Shown: piece after piece, positions 25,427 to 35,480 of the stretch
Numbering within the stretch: position 1 is the first letter of the stretch
Layout of the letters: each line of letters begins with the position of its first letter
Assembly (NCBI RefSeq): GCF_964194155.1
Contig: NC_135909.1
Coordinates: 15,128,001-15,192,000 of the forward strand
Direction: 5' to 3'
Source of the DNA: Cetorhinus maximus
Taxonomy: Eukaryota
Length of the DNA: 64,000 nt
Translations under genes and position numbers: made by a program
The notes under the pieces: generated by a model
The model's input: only the letters and a program-made list of their open reading frames with translations
Databases searched by the model: none
What the model was told of the DNA's origin: nothing

Positions 25427-25690
25427 GAATCCCACACTCACATAGTGCACCAGAGACAGAGCAATGCAGAGTGAATCATACACTCACACACATCCCCAGA
25501 GACTGACCAATACATAATGAATCCCACACTCACATAGTGCACCAGAGACAGAGCAATGCAGAGTGAATCATACAATCACACACATCCCCAGAGACTGACC
25601 AATACATAATGAATCCCGCACTCACATAGTTTTCCTGACAGAGCAATGCAGAATGAATGACACATTCCCAGAGGCTGACAAATACATCAG
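25427..25690. repeat. 92-bp tandem repeat, ~3 copies
   Basis: gaatcccacactcacatagtgcaccagagacagagcaatgcag starts at 25427, 25519 and 25611. Confidence 0.85.
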
Positions 25691-25784
25691 GAATCAGACA
25701 CTCAAATCCTTTACCAGGGACAGTGCGATACAGAATGAATCCGGCACTTATGCACATGGAATCTTAGAATAGTTACACCACAGA

Positions 25785-26365
25785 GAAAGCCCATTCAGCC
25801 CTTTGTGTCTCTGGTGGTTCTCTGCCAGAGAAACTCAACTGGTCCTGATCCCCAGACCTAGGTCGCTCATAATCTTCTTGCACCTCAATTAGGTCACCCC
25901 TCAACCTCCACTGTCCTAAGGAAAACAACCCTTGAATATCCAACCTTTCCTCACAGCTGCAATTTTCAAGCCCTTGTAGCATTCTTTTAAATATTCTCTG
26001 CACACCCTCCAGAGCATTTGTGTCCTTCCTGTAATGTGATGACCAGAACTGTGCACAAAATTCCAACCGTGGCCTAACCAGCGTTTTATAGATTTCCAGC
26101 ATTATATCCCTGTTTTTGTATTCAATACTTCGTTCAATAAAGGAAAACATTCCGTTACCACCTTGTCCCCCTGTCTTGCCACCTTCAGGGAAATGTGGAC
26201 ATGCACTCCAAAGTGTCTCCCTTCCACAACCTGTCTCAATATCTTCCCATTTATTGAGTGTTCCCTTTCTTTGTCTGCCCTCCCCAAATGCATTACCCCA
26301 AACTTTCTGGGATTGAATTCCATTTGACAATTTTCTGAACACACAACCAACCCATGTATGGCATC
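25785..26365 (-). mobile_element. CR1 LINE fragment (duplicate of 14150-14985, internally deleted)
   Basis: ORFs 25773..26342 and 26102..26350: QMEFNP.K..VMHLGR, YKTLVRPRLEFCAQFW. Confidence 0.88.
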
Positions 26366-26671
26366 TTTTAAATCACATTCTGACCTCTTTGCAGCCTTGG
26401 TCCAAACATGGAGAAACAGCTGAACTCAAGCCATGAGGTTCAAGTGTTCACTTATGTTCAGGGAAGCATTTGACCTAGTGCGGGCATCAAGGAATCCCAG
26501 CAAAACTGAAAGTTCATGGAAATGAGGAGGGAAACTCTCCACTGGTTGGAGTCGTCCCCGGGGTTTCTAAAACATTCCAAAAGATTTCCAGCAGGAACAG
26601 TAATTCGCTTTTGTTTGATACACTATGGGTGACAAGAAAAAGATCCTTTGACTGCACGTTGTAGTACAGGT

Positions 26672-26761
26672 GGCTCGTTGTTCTAGTGGCATGATTCTCG
26701 CCTTGCGAATTTCATTTTATTAATGTGCGAGAGGTCCCGGGTTCAATTCCCAAACGAGCCC
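26672..26761 (+). pseudogene. tRNA-Pro-like gene with an 18-nt insert
   Basis: GGCTCGTTG.TCTAG.GG.ATGATTCTCGC..[aatttcattttattaatg]TGCGAGAGGTCCCGGGTTCAATTCCC..ACGAGCCC; anticodon mutated. Confidence 0.8.
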
Positions 26762-27387
26762 ATCGGGCATCTTAACGCAGTAATTTTTTTTGCGCTCGAG
26801 GTGGTGGAAGTTCCGGAAATCAGGACCAGGTTTGAACACCCGGGAACTCATTGCAGAAAATGCATCACTAAACACACGCGTGATGAAAATGAATGTCAAG
26901 ATTAAAGAACGTTTCTCCGTGCCATGAGACTCTGAATTTATCCCTATGTGTCAAATAAGGCAACTCCCTCCGTGTGGATTCAGGTAGGAGGCTGATTGCA
27001 CTTGGCTACAATCTTGACTGAAAGGACAAGCAGAGCTGGGAACCCCAAAGTTTCATTACAATTTACCACATTTTAATGTGTTCCGGTGCTTACAATGAGC
27101 TGGGAGGGGTTTCCTTTTGCAACCAAATGCTTGTAAGTTCCGGTCTTCCAGCGCTGGATTTTCACACTGTGTAGAAACATGTTGGATATCAGGTTGAAGT
27201 GTTGAAGTGATTCACATCAGTCGGTTTGCAACAGTCCCTGATTTGATGTGATGGACATTTATGTTAATGGAAGAAACTACATTTCCATCTTTACACATCT
27301 GGCCGAACATTCAGAGCCTGTACCGAAGAGGATCATTTATTTCAACAGTTCATGAATGCAAAAAGTATAGAAGGGGGTTTAGTTTGT

Positions 27388-27469
27388 GCCGAGCTGGCCG
27401 AGAGGTTAAGGTGATGAAATATAAAGCCATTGTTTTTTGCACGTGAGGGTTCGAATCCCACCTTGGTCG
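27388..27469 (+). pseudogene. Degenerate tRNA-Ser(GCT)-derived copy
   Basis: Aligns to 34833-34914; the anticodon arm is destroyed. Confidence 0.75.
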
Positions 27470-29179
27470 TTGTTTCATCAGATGTTTCTGCCTTGGTGCG
27501 GGGATTTTGCAGAAGGTCTGCCTGGAATCACTGATGTGATCCTCCAACCCAAGTTCTGAGGCCAGATTGCATAGAGTTTTCTTCTAAGATCTCCGTTGCG
27601 ATTTTATTGTTAACAATAACTTGGGGATCCGATATCGAGTCCATTCGACTTGATATCTCTCTCTAAGAGGAGTTAGTGGAGCAGTGGAAATATCCGGGGG
27701 ACTTGTGTTCATTTCCCACCATGGCTGCTAGTGGAAATTAAACTCAATAATAAAAATCTGCAATTAAACGCTAATCACAGTGATGGTTCACTGATGTCTT
27801 CCCTGGCCAGGACATATGAGTTTGATTCCTAACTGCCCGCTGAGAAATCCACGGAGTTCAAGTACAATTTGGAATGTGTAACAGAGACTGGCCTTGCGAG
27901 CGACGCTCACATCCCATGAAATATTGTTTTCACTTTTTGAAATACAAGCGTTAGGCCACCCCTCAGCCTTGTTATTAGGAGAGAATAAAGATCCAAACTG
28001 TCAATCCTTTAGTCCTTGAATACCACGCATTGCATTTTCTTGTTATTTATTCTTCTTCTGTGGGCTGTGGGCGTCAATTGCACGGCCAGAACTTCCTGCC
28101 CTTCCCTAATCTCCCTCGAACTGGATGGCTTGCTCAGTAATTTCCGAGGGCAGATAAGAGTCAACCATATTCCCATGTGCATGGAGTCACATGTAAACCA
28201 GACCAGGTCAGGACGGCAGAATGTTTCCTCTTAAGTGCATTGATGAACCAGATGGGTTTTTTTTAGTACAATCGACGATAGTTTCATGGCCGTCATTACA
28301 GAGACCAGCTTTCAATTCAAGAATCATGAAATAATTGAATTTAAATTCCACGAGCTGCCACGGTGAGATTTGAACACTTGCCCCTAGAGATGAGCCTGGG
28401 CCTCTGGATTCCGAGACCAGTGACATCATCTTTCATCCCTGGAAACAACAACTGAACATTCAGCGAATCATTCAGCCGCTTGATGAGGAAATTGGAATTC
28501 CCTCTGCAGCATTTTATTAAACTGATTGATTCAAAGCCTTTTGTTCCATTGGAAATATCAATATTTTATCGACATTAGTCAGATATTGTGGATTTCTTAG
28601 TAACGAAACACAGTCCAAAGATGAGTGAGGAATGAATGCACAAAGTAACAAGGAAATACATTCTGAGAAAGAGCTCCGCATTGTTTGGAAGAAAAAGCAG
28701 AACTTGCAGCTGACGAGTGGGAACCTGGTTTACTGGACGTTCCACCAGATTTCTGTATGAAGCAACGGGACAGGACACGAAACTGCTATCTTCTGATTAC
28801 ATCATAATGTACATTGAAGTTAGACGCCCGATCCTTTAGGACCAGGCTACCAGTCCTTCCAGCCAGATAATGCCTTGTCCATAAAAACTGTGCTGCATTT
28901 ATGTCTCTTGGATTTTTGAATGATCCACTGATTCCCAGACCCTTGGCCTCGGGATCTCAGATTGATTTTGGATCATGAAGTCAGTTCCTATTGTCCGCAC
29001 CTCTCCTCAAAATGTCCCTGCAATTTTTTTGTCCTCTCTAAATCTTGGCCCGTTGACCTTCACTCAATCGCTGCTAAATTCCTGAAAAAAAAAAAATCCC
29101 ACCTTCTCCAGAACAAAAACATATTCATTCTCCTAAATAAGTCCCATCAGTGACTTACGGCGATAGTTGATAACACTTG

Positions 29180-29266
29180 GGGTCTCGTCCAAGATTTGAA
29201 TACGGCACCTCTCGCAGAATATCTCAATAAGAATGGCTAAGCGAGAATCATACCCATCCCACAGCC
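29180..29266 (-). pseudogene. Second-lineage tRNA-Pro (AGG-type) remnant with an 18-nt insert
   Basis: Minus strand: GGGTATGATTCTCGCTTAGCC[attcttattgagatattc]TGCGAGAGGTGCCGTATTCAAATC..GGACGAGACCC. Confidence 0.7.
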
Positions 29267-29267
29267 T

Positions 29268-29675
29268 CTTCATCTTCTTCTTCTTAGGCAATAACTCGTC
29301 ATTGAAAATTGCTTTTTTTCCACGCCGACGTTGCGGTTTCTGAGGAACCTAAAAAGTCCAATGCTGGCTCCGCACACTCTGCCACAGGTTGGGGCAGGTA
29401 GTGTTTGAGGAGGCGGGTGGGTGGGATGCTCGGATTTTGCTCCGCTCCTTCCGCTGTTTGCGCTTGGCCTCCACCTGGGCCTGTTGGAGACGTTCCAAAT
29501 GGTTGGCACCTTCGCGGATGTTTCTTCTCCAGTTTGGGCGTTTCGAGCACGAGATTCCCACAAATCGGTGGGAATGTTGCATTTTATCAGGGAGGCTTTG
29601 AGGACGCCCCTGAAACGTTTCCTCTGCCCTCCTGGTAGCCGCTTGCCGTGACGAAGCGGGCATCTAGTTCCATTC
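29268..29675 (-). mobile_element. RTE-clade LINE 3' end
   Basis: GKRLPGGQRKRFR..LKASL.KCNI, WRRNIREGA, a CGRVC..IGLF zinc knuckle and a (GAA)n tail at 29268-29285. Confidence 0.85.
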
Positions 29676-30119
29676 ACATCCAAAGCCAGTCAACTATCCT
29701 TTCACACCGCGAGAGTAACGCAGCAAATGTAAGAATTACACGTGGGCGGTGAAACAGAGTTCGTGTTGTAGGTAAGTGACTTTTCACCTGAACTGGAGAG
29801 GTAAATATTTTGTGATAGGGGTTAAGCCAGTGAAAGGGAAGCGGGAAAAAAGCAAAAACGACGCCCTGGAAAATCTTGGAAATCGGGAGAGATAAAATCA
29901 CAACAGAGTTTGTGCTGCATCGCCAGAGAGAGGGAAACATCAGCTCCGAGAGTTAAACAGCACAGAATGAGGGCACTCGGCTCCGTATGCGGAACAATAA
30001 AGAGAAAAAAATATGTAACTGGTGGACGTTTTAAATCGCGGATTGATGAACAACTGCCGAGGCTCAAACCCACATCTGCGAACAGAAGGGAATCAGAATG
30101 TTGGCAGTTTTTACAGAGC

Positions 30120-30260
30120 GATATTGTTGAGCTGAATGTTCACACTGGAAGGCTGTAAAGTTCCTCATTGAAGAATGAGCCGCTGTTCGTCGAGAGAACC
30201 TTGAGCTTCATCGGAACATTGCAGGAGTCCGAGAACCGAGTGATCAGGGTGAGAGCCAGG
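30120..30260 (-). mobile_element. Penelope-like GIY-YIG C-terminal remnant (one per unit)
   Basis: The minus frame of the unit consensus gives SVLGLLQCSNEAQ.SLEEQRLILQ*GTLQPSSVNIQLNN, matching the PLE LEEQ.LI..LGTLQP.GLN end motif. Confidence 0.7.
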
Positions 30261-31189
30261 TCGCCAGTCATTTCGTTTCACCAGCTTGACTGTGTGGATG
30301 AGTTGGTTGGACTTTCTGTTAATTTACCGCACATTCTTGGCTATCAGTTCTGTCGCCGGAAAAAGCCACATCAACACTTTCTGTCAAAAGTAACCCCATC
30401 CCAACCCTGACTGCCCTGAGAAACTGCCACTTAGACATGTGATGACCAGCTATTGAAGGGAGCGCTGCCTAACATCCCTGACCGTTAATTCCCCCTGAGC
30501 TGCTTTACTAAATATACTAAAATTACGAATTTAAAGTGACTTTCTGCAACTCCTATAATACAGCAAAAATATGGTCAGTAATATCAAGATGTAACCCTCC
30601 CGCCGCACCCACCAACATCCGCCCCCACAACACGCCTCTCCCCTCACAGCATCCCCCCAACCACCAGCCCCGCCCCCCAACACCCCCCGCAACCCCCTCC
30701 CCATCCCGCCCCAACGCCACCCCCAGTTCTTTCAGACTGAATATGTTTTCAAACAAGATTGCAACTCCATGTGGAAATCAGGCTGTGAGCATTTTGACCC
30801 GAGTGGGTTTTGTACAAAGTGGGTCACATGGTTTTTATGGCTCTGACAAAAAACATGCCTGGATGACTAAGTTTTAAAAAGTGGGCTTGATTTGACTTTG
30901 AGAAGAGAAGGACCAACTGCTTGGGCAGGAAGACCTTTTGGGCCTTTTGCACTCCAGAGCCAGTCCACAGCCGGAAGTTAATATTAACTGCTCCTGAGAT
31001 GCTCGACACACTGGGATACAGTACGCTCGATTATTCCATGATACCGCCCGAAAAGCAGTGCCAGAATCATTGATGTTGTCATCGATCAGTGCTGGGGAAG
31101 CGACTGGAGAACACTGACCCCATCTCAGGGACTGCACACTCTGCCCTTTGCCTTGATCTATTGACATTTAACGTTTGGCAAAATTCCCC

Positions 31190-31330
31190 CTTTTCTGAAA
31201 AAGAATCATAAGGACTCGAAACGTTGACTCTGTTTTTTTTCACCCCACAGATGCTGTTTAACCTGCTGAATCATTCCAGCATTTTCTGTTTTTGTTTCAG
31301 ATTTCCAGCATCAGCAGTATTTTGCTTTAA
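31190..31330 (+). mobile_element. Penelope-derived short repeat with a degenerate hammerhead (one per unit)
   Basis: gaagggtcataaggactcgaaacgttgactctg...cacagatgctgttagacctgctg; copies at ~36412, 38497, 43597, 47590, 48318, 53207 and 58283. Confidence 0.65.
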
Positions 31331-31431
31331 TTTCCCCTTTTTCTATTTTTTATGTCATGGTTTTCCATTATGTCTATGTGTGTGTGTTTGTGAGAGAGAG
31401 CGTGTGTGTCTGTGTGTTTGTGAGAGAGAGC

Positions 31432-31614
31432 NNNNNNNNNNNNNNNNNNNNNNNNNNNNNNNNNNNNNNNNNNNNNNNNNNNNNNNNNNNNNNNNNNNNN
31501 NNNNNNNNNNNNNNNNNNNNNNNNNNNNNNNNNNNNNNNNNNNNNNNNNNNNNNNNNNNNNNNNNNNNNNNNNNNNNNNNNNNNNNNNNNNNNNNNNNNN
31601 NNNNNNNNNNNNNN
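31432..31614. other. Assembly gap within a (TG)/(GA) microsatellite
   Basis: N-run; equivalent gaps at 43763-43987 and 58445-58592 fall at the same unit position. Confidence 0.98.
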
Positions 31615-32740
31615 TGTGAAAGAGAGCGTGTGTGTGTGTGTGTGTGTGTGTGTTTGTGAGACAGAGCGTGTGTGTGTGTTTGTGAGAGAGAGCGTGCGTG
31701 TGTGTTTGCGTGTGTGATTTAAGGTATCTCGAAAGATTAATTCGTATAATTTCATATTCCATACTGCTTTACTTTTCTATTCGGGAAGAGCTTTTTTTTT
31801 AACAATAAACTGATCAATTTGTTGCTTTTCTAAAGAATCCACGATAAAGTCTGTTTTAATGCAGGTAACAGTGGTGAAGTTAAATAATTGGCCATTTTAC
31901 TAAGTGAATTGAACATTTAAACTAATGTTGCGATCTGTGGAGTAGTGGGACTAGACCAACGGCGCACTCCTCCCATCCCGCTCGGAACTCAGAAACTTAG
32001 CTCCAGGTAACTGTCGATTCCTTCTGCAAAGCAGATGACATATTGGGCTTCCCACTAAACATGCAGAAAACTGAGATCCGGTTCCAATATTCCTGATTGA
32101 GGAACACCACCAGAAACTGCTGCACACAAAGTGCTTACTGAAGGGTCAAATTATTTTGTTTCAGTGAGTCATGAAAGTATTTTTGGAGCAGGTTAAGTAG
32201 CATTTCCTGTGTTTCAATGAGAAATTCTGATATGAATTTAAAAGGAAAGGGTAAATATTTGTAATACTCATTGGGCCCGTCCGCCACCTGACTGAGGCGA
32301 GCTCACTTCCCAATTTCATCACTGAGAGATACAGACAGGAAGAAAGAATAATAAACGGGATGGAAACAATGGATGAATTGGATTCCAATTACTTTCCTCT
32401 GGTTAATGTTGACAAAAGCACCATTGAAATTGATCAACAGATGGATTTTTCAGGATTTGCATTCTCAATGACTGATCCAGGAATCATAAGCTCGAAACAG
32501 ATGAGGGTTGAATAGTTGTTAGCATAGTTTAATGGGAGCTGAGTTGACCAGCGCTTGTTCACATGTTTTTAAAGACAAGTTAAACAGATCTTTATTCCAA
32601 TAACATGGACCCGCGAGCATAGAGCTGCACAGGTGCAAGGGAGGAGGGCAAGTGTCCCCTCCCCTCAGAAATGGGTCTCCCAAAAACAATTGGCACCTTC
32701 ACCCGCAGGAGACGCTCAGGCGAGTATACTAGCCGCTCGT

Positions 32741-32813
32741 TGCCGAAACCCGGGATTGAACCAGGGACCTTTAGATCTTCAGTCTAACGCTCTCCCAACT
32801 GAGCTATTTCGGC
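32741..32813 (-). tRNA. tRNA-Phe(GAA), intact
   Basis: Minus strand: GCCGAAATAGCTCAGTTGGGAGAGCGTTAGACTGAAGATCTAAAGGTCCCTGGTTCAATCCCGGGTTTCGGCA. Confidence 0.97.
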
Positions 32814-32827
32814 TGACGAAAGTTCCG

Positions 32828-32895
32828 TTTTTCGAGCCAGAATTGATGCAGGGACGTAAGGATACGAGTTTTACAGTCACCGACAGCCCTCCGCT
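32828..32895 (-). pseudogene. tRNA-Tyr(GTA) remnant with intron
   Basis: Degenerate match to the 3' two-thirds of tRNA-Tyr with a 17-nt intron; 5' end lost. Confidence 0.65.
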
Positions 32896-33459
32896 TATAT
32901 TAGAGAACATGATCGCATAATGACAAAGGACAGCCATCACCTCTTTTAAGCTCCCTCCAAATTTCGATTATTACTTTGCAAAGCCGAACGAAACATCAGT
33001 TCATTGCCAATCTTCGGCCAATCGCTACACAGGGATGTCTGACAAACAGCCTTCTTCATCCTTTGAATGAATAGTTTCCTGACGTCACTGTTAAATGTCT
33101 TAAACCTAATTTTAAGGTTCTATCCTTTGTTCTGTATTCCCCCACCAGAGGAAATGGTTTCTCCGCATTAAAACCTATTAATCATCTCAATTACCTCAAC
33201 CAGATAGCGCCTATACCTTCTCAACTCACGGGTATGTAAGCGTCACAGCGGGAGCACATCTAACTGCAGATCAGAAAACTGTGTATCGCACATGGTTATG
33301 GCTACTTTTGCCCCAAATCTGTGTCTGAATGAATGGAACCCGCTTGTGATAAACACTGTCGCCTTTCACTGTTCAGCTGATGAGTTTCATAGAGCCACGT
33401 ATGTGATTCCCTCAGTTCTGCTTTTCGACAAAAAGCTGGGGAAATGCAACACAGATGTC

Positions 33460-34015
33460 AGTCTTCAGCCAGCTCCACTCACTCCAAGTGAAATCCAGAA
33501 ATGGCTGAAGGCACGGGTAACTGCAAAGGCTTTGGGCCCTGACACCATTCCTGCAGCAGTACAGAAAACCTGTGCTCCAGAAATAGCCTCGCCCCTCGCC
33601 AAGTTGTACCAGTGCAGCTACCAGACTGGCATCTTCCCGGCAACGTGGGAAATTACTCAGGGCTGTCTTGTGCACAAAAAAAAAGGAAGATCCAACAGGG
33701 AAAAACCGCCCCATCCGTCTACACTCGTTTATTAAGGTGAGGAAAAATGTCTTCGAGATTGCGATCAAGTGACCCTTACTCAGCAATAACACTCTCACTG
33801 AAGCTCAGTTTGTTTTCTGCCAGGGTCACTCAGCTCCTGACCTCATTGCAGCCTTGGTCCAAACATGGAGAAAGCAGCTGAACTCAAGACGCGAGGTGCA
33901 AGTGACTGCACTGGAGTTCAAAGAAGCATTTGACTTAATGTGGCATCAAGGAACCCCAGCAAAACTGAAGTCAAAGGAAATAAGGCGGGAAACTCTCCAC
34001 TGGTTGGAGTCGTCC
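33460..34015 (+). mobile_element. LINE RT N-terminal fragment (L2/Crack-like), one per unit
   Basis: KALGPDTIPA.V.KTCAPEIASPLAKL.Q.SY.TGI.P..WE..Q...VHKK, RPISLL, ALEFKEAFD.MWH; copies at ~40545-41110, 45810-46042, 50205-50765, 55255-55785 and 60345-60890. Confidence 0.85.
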
Positions 34016-34129
34016 CCGGGGTTTCTAAAACATTGGAAAATATTTCCAGCATGAACTGTAATTCGCTTTTGTTTGATGCACTTTGTGTGAAAATGAAAGG
34101 ATTCCTTAACTGCATTTTGTTATGCCGGT

Positions 34130-34203
34130 GGCTTGTTGGTCGCTTTGGGTGTTCAACTGATTTATTATGCGACAGGTCCCGGGTTCAATTCCCGGACGAG
34201 CCC
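34130..34203 (+). pseudogene. tRNA-Pro(TGG) with insert, D-arm deleted
   Basis: ggcttgttggt/cgctttggg[18 nt]tgcgacaggtcccgggttcaattcccggacgagccc. Confidence 0.7.
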
Positions 34204-34832
34204 ATCCTAATGCAGCATTTTCTTTCGCCCTCGAGGTGGTGGCAGTTCCGGAAATAAGGACCAGGTTTGAACACCCGGGAAGTCATTGCAGGGAATGCAT
34301 AACTTCAACACACGTGATATAAATGAATGCCAAGTTTAAAGAGCGTTTCTCCGTGCCATGAGACTCTGAATTTATTCTAATGCATCAAATGAGTGAACTG
34401 TCTATTTGTGGATTCACTTGGGAGGCTGATTGCGCTCAGTTTCAATCTTGACTGAAAGGACAAGCAGAGCTGGGAACCCCAGTGTTTCATTTTAATTTAC
34501 CACATTTTAGCTGTGTTCCGGTGCTTGCAGTGAGCTGGGAGGGGTTTCTTTTTGCTACTAAATGCTTGTATGTTCCGGTCTTTCCGCGGTGGGTTTTCAA
34601 ACTGTGTAGAAACATGTTGGATATTAGGGTGAAGTGTTGAAGTGATTCACATCAGTCGGTTTACAACAGTCCCGGATCTGATGTGATGGGCATTTATTTC
34701 ACTTACATAAAATACATTTCCATCTTTACACAACTGGCCGAATATTTAGGGCCTGTACCAAAGAGGATCATTTATTTCAACGGTTCATGGATGCAAAAAG
34801 TATAGAAGGGGGTTTAAGAATCGGCATTTTGC

Positions 34833-34914
34833 GACGAGGTGGCCGAGTGGTTAAGGCGATGGACTGCTAATCCATTGTGCTTTGCACGCCTGGGTTCGAA
34901 TCCCACCCTCGTCG
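34833..34914 (+). tRNA. tRNA-Ser(GCT), near-intact
   Basis: GACGAGGTGGCCGAGTGGTTAAGGCGATGGACTGCTAATCCATTGTGCTTTGCACGCCTGGGTTCGAATCCCACCCTCGTCG, with one T-stem mismatch. Confidence 0.92.
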
Positions 34915-35124
34915 TTACTTTATCAACTGTTTCCGTCTTATTGCGGTGATTTTGCAGAAGCTCTGCCTGGAATCACTGATGTGATTCTCCAACCCAAGTT
35001 ATGAGGCCAGCTTGCTTCGACTTTTCTTGTAAGATCTTGGATTCGATACTTTTGTTCACAATAACATGGGGATCCGACTTAGAGTCCATTCGACATGATA
35101 TTTCCATCTCTCTCTAGGGAGAAA

Positions 35125-35372
35125 CATTGGAGCAGTGGAAATATTCCGGGGACTTGGGTTCATTTCCCACCATAGTTGCTGATGGAAATTAAACTCAATA
35201 ATTAAAACATGCAATTAAACGCTAATCTCAGTGGTGGTTCACTGATGTCTTCCGTGGCCTGGTCTACATATGAGTTTGATTCCTAACTGCTCGCTGAAAA
35301 AGCCACTGAGTTCAAGGGCAGTTTGGGATGTGTAACAAAGATTGGCCTTGCGAGCGACGCTCACATCCTCTG
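35125..35372 (+). mobile_element. Deu-type SINE remnant (one per unit)
   Basis: ggggacttgggttcatttcccaccatagttgctgatggaaattaaactcaat...ggttcactgatgtc...ggccttgcgagcgacgctcacatcc; also at 27680-27918. Confidence 0.6.
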
Positions 35373-35380
35373 AAGTAATG

Positions 35381-35480
35381 TTTTAAAAGGGTGAATGCGC
35401 ACCTCACTGATTGGATCTTCCATCAGCCCCTGTAATGGACAGACGTGTTGAATAATAAAGCGCTTTGTGACGTCAAGAAA
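35381..35480 (-). promoter_or_regulatory. CRE-CCAAT-TTTTAAAA promoter-like block (one per unit)
   Basis: TGACGTCA at 35468-35475, CCAAT (minus) at 35410-35414 and TTTTAAAA at 35381-35388; nearly invariant between units. Confidence 0.45.

Noticed and set aside
30168-30410. Repeated plus-strand ORF MK.EPL..ERTLSFIGTLQESENR in each unit
   Set aside because: It starts at TTG, is antisense to a Penelope GIY-YIG remnant, and its length varies with stops and frameshifts between units.
31224-31762. ORFs spanning N-runs and (TG)n tracts (also 43730-44063 and 58417-58630)
   Set aside because: Artefacts of assembly gaps and microsatellites.
31935-32010. Weak resemblance to 5S rRNA (cccatcccg..aactcagaaacttagc) and to a tRNA A-box (ctagaccaac)
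   Set aside because: The match is short, with no full 5S or cloverleaf structure and no C- or B-box; other units carry extra sequence there.
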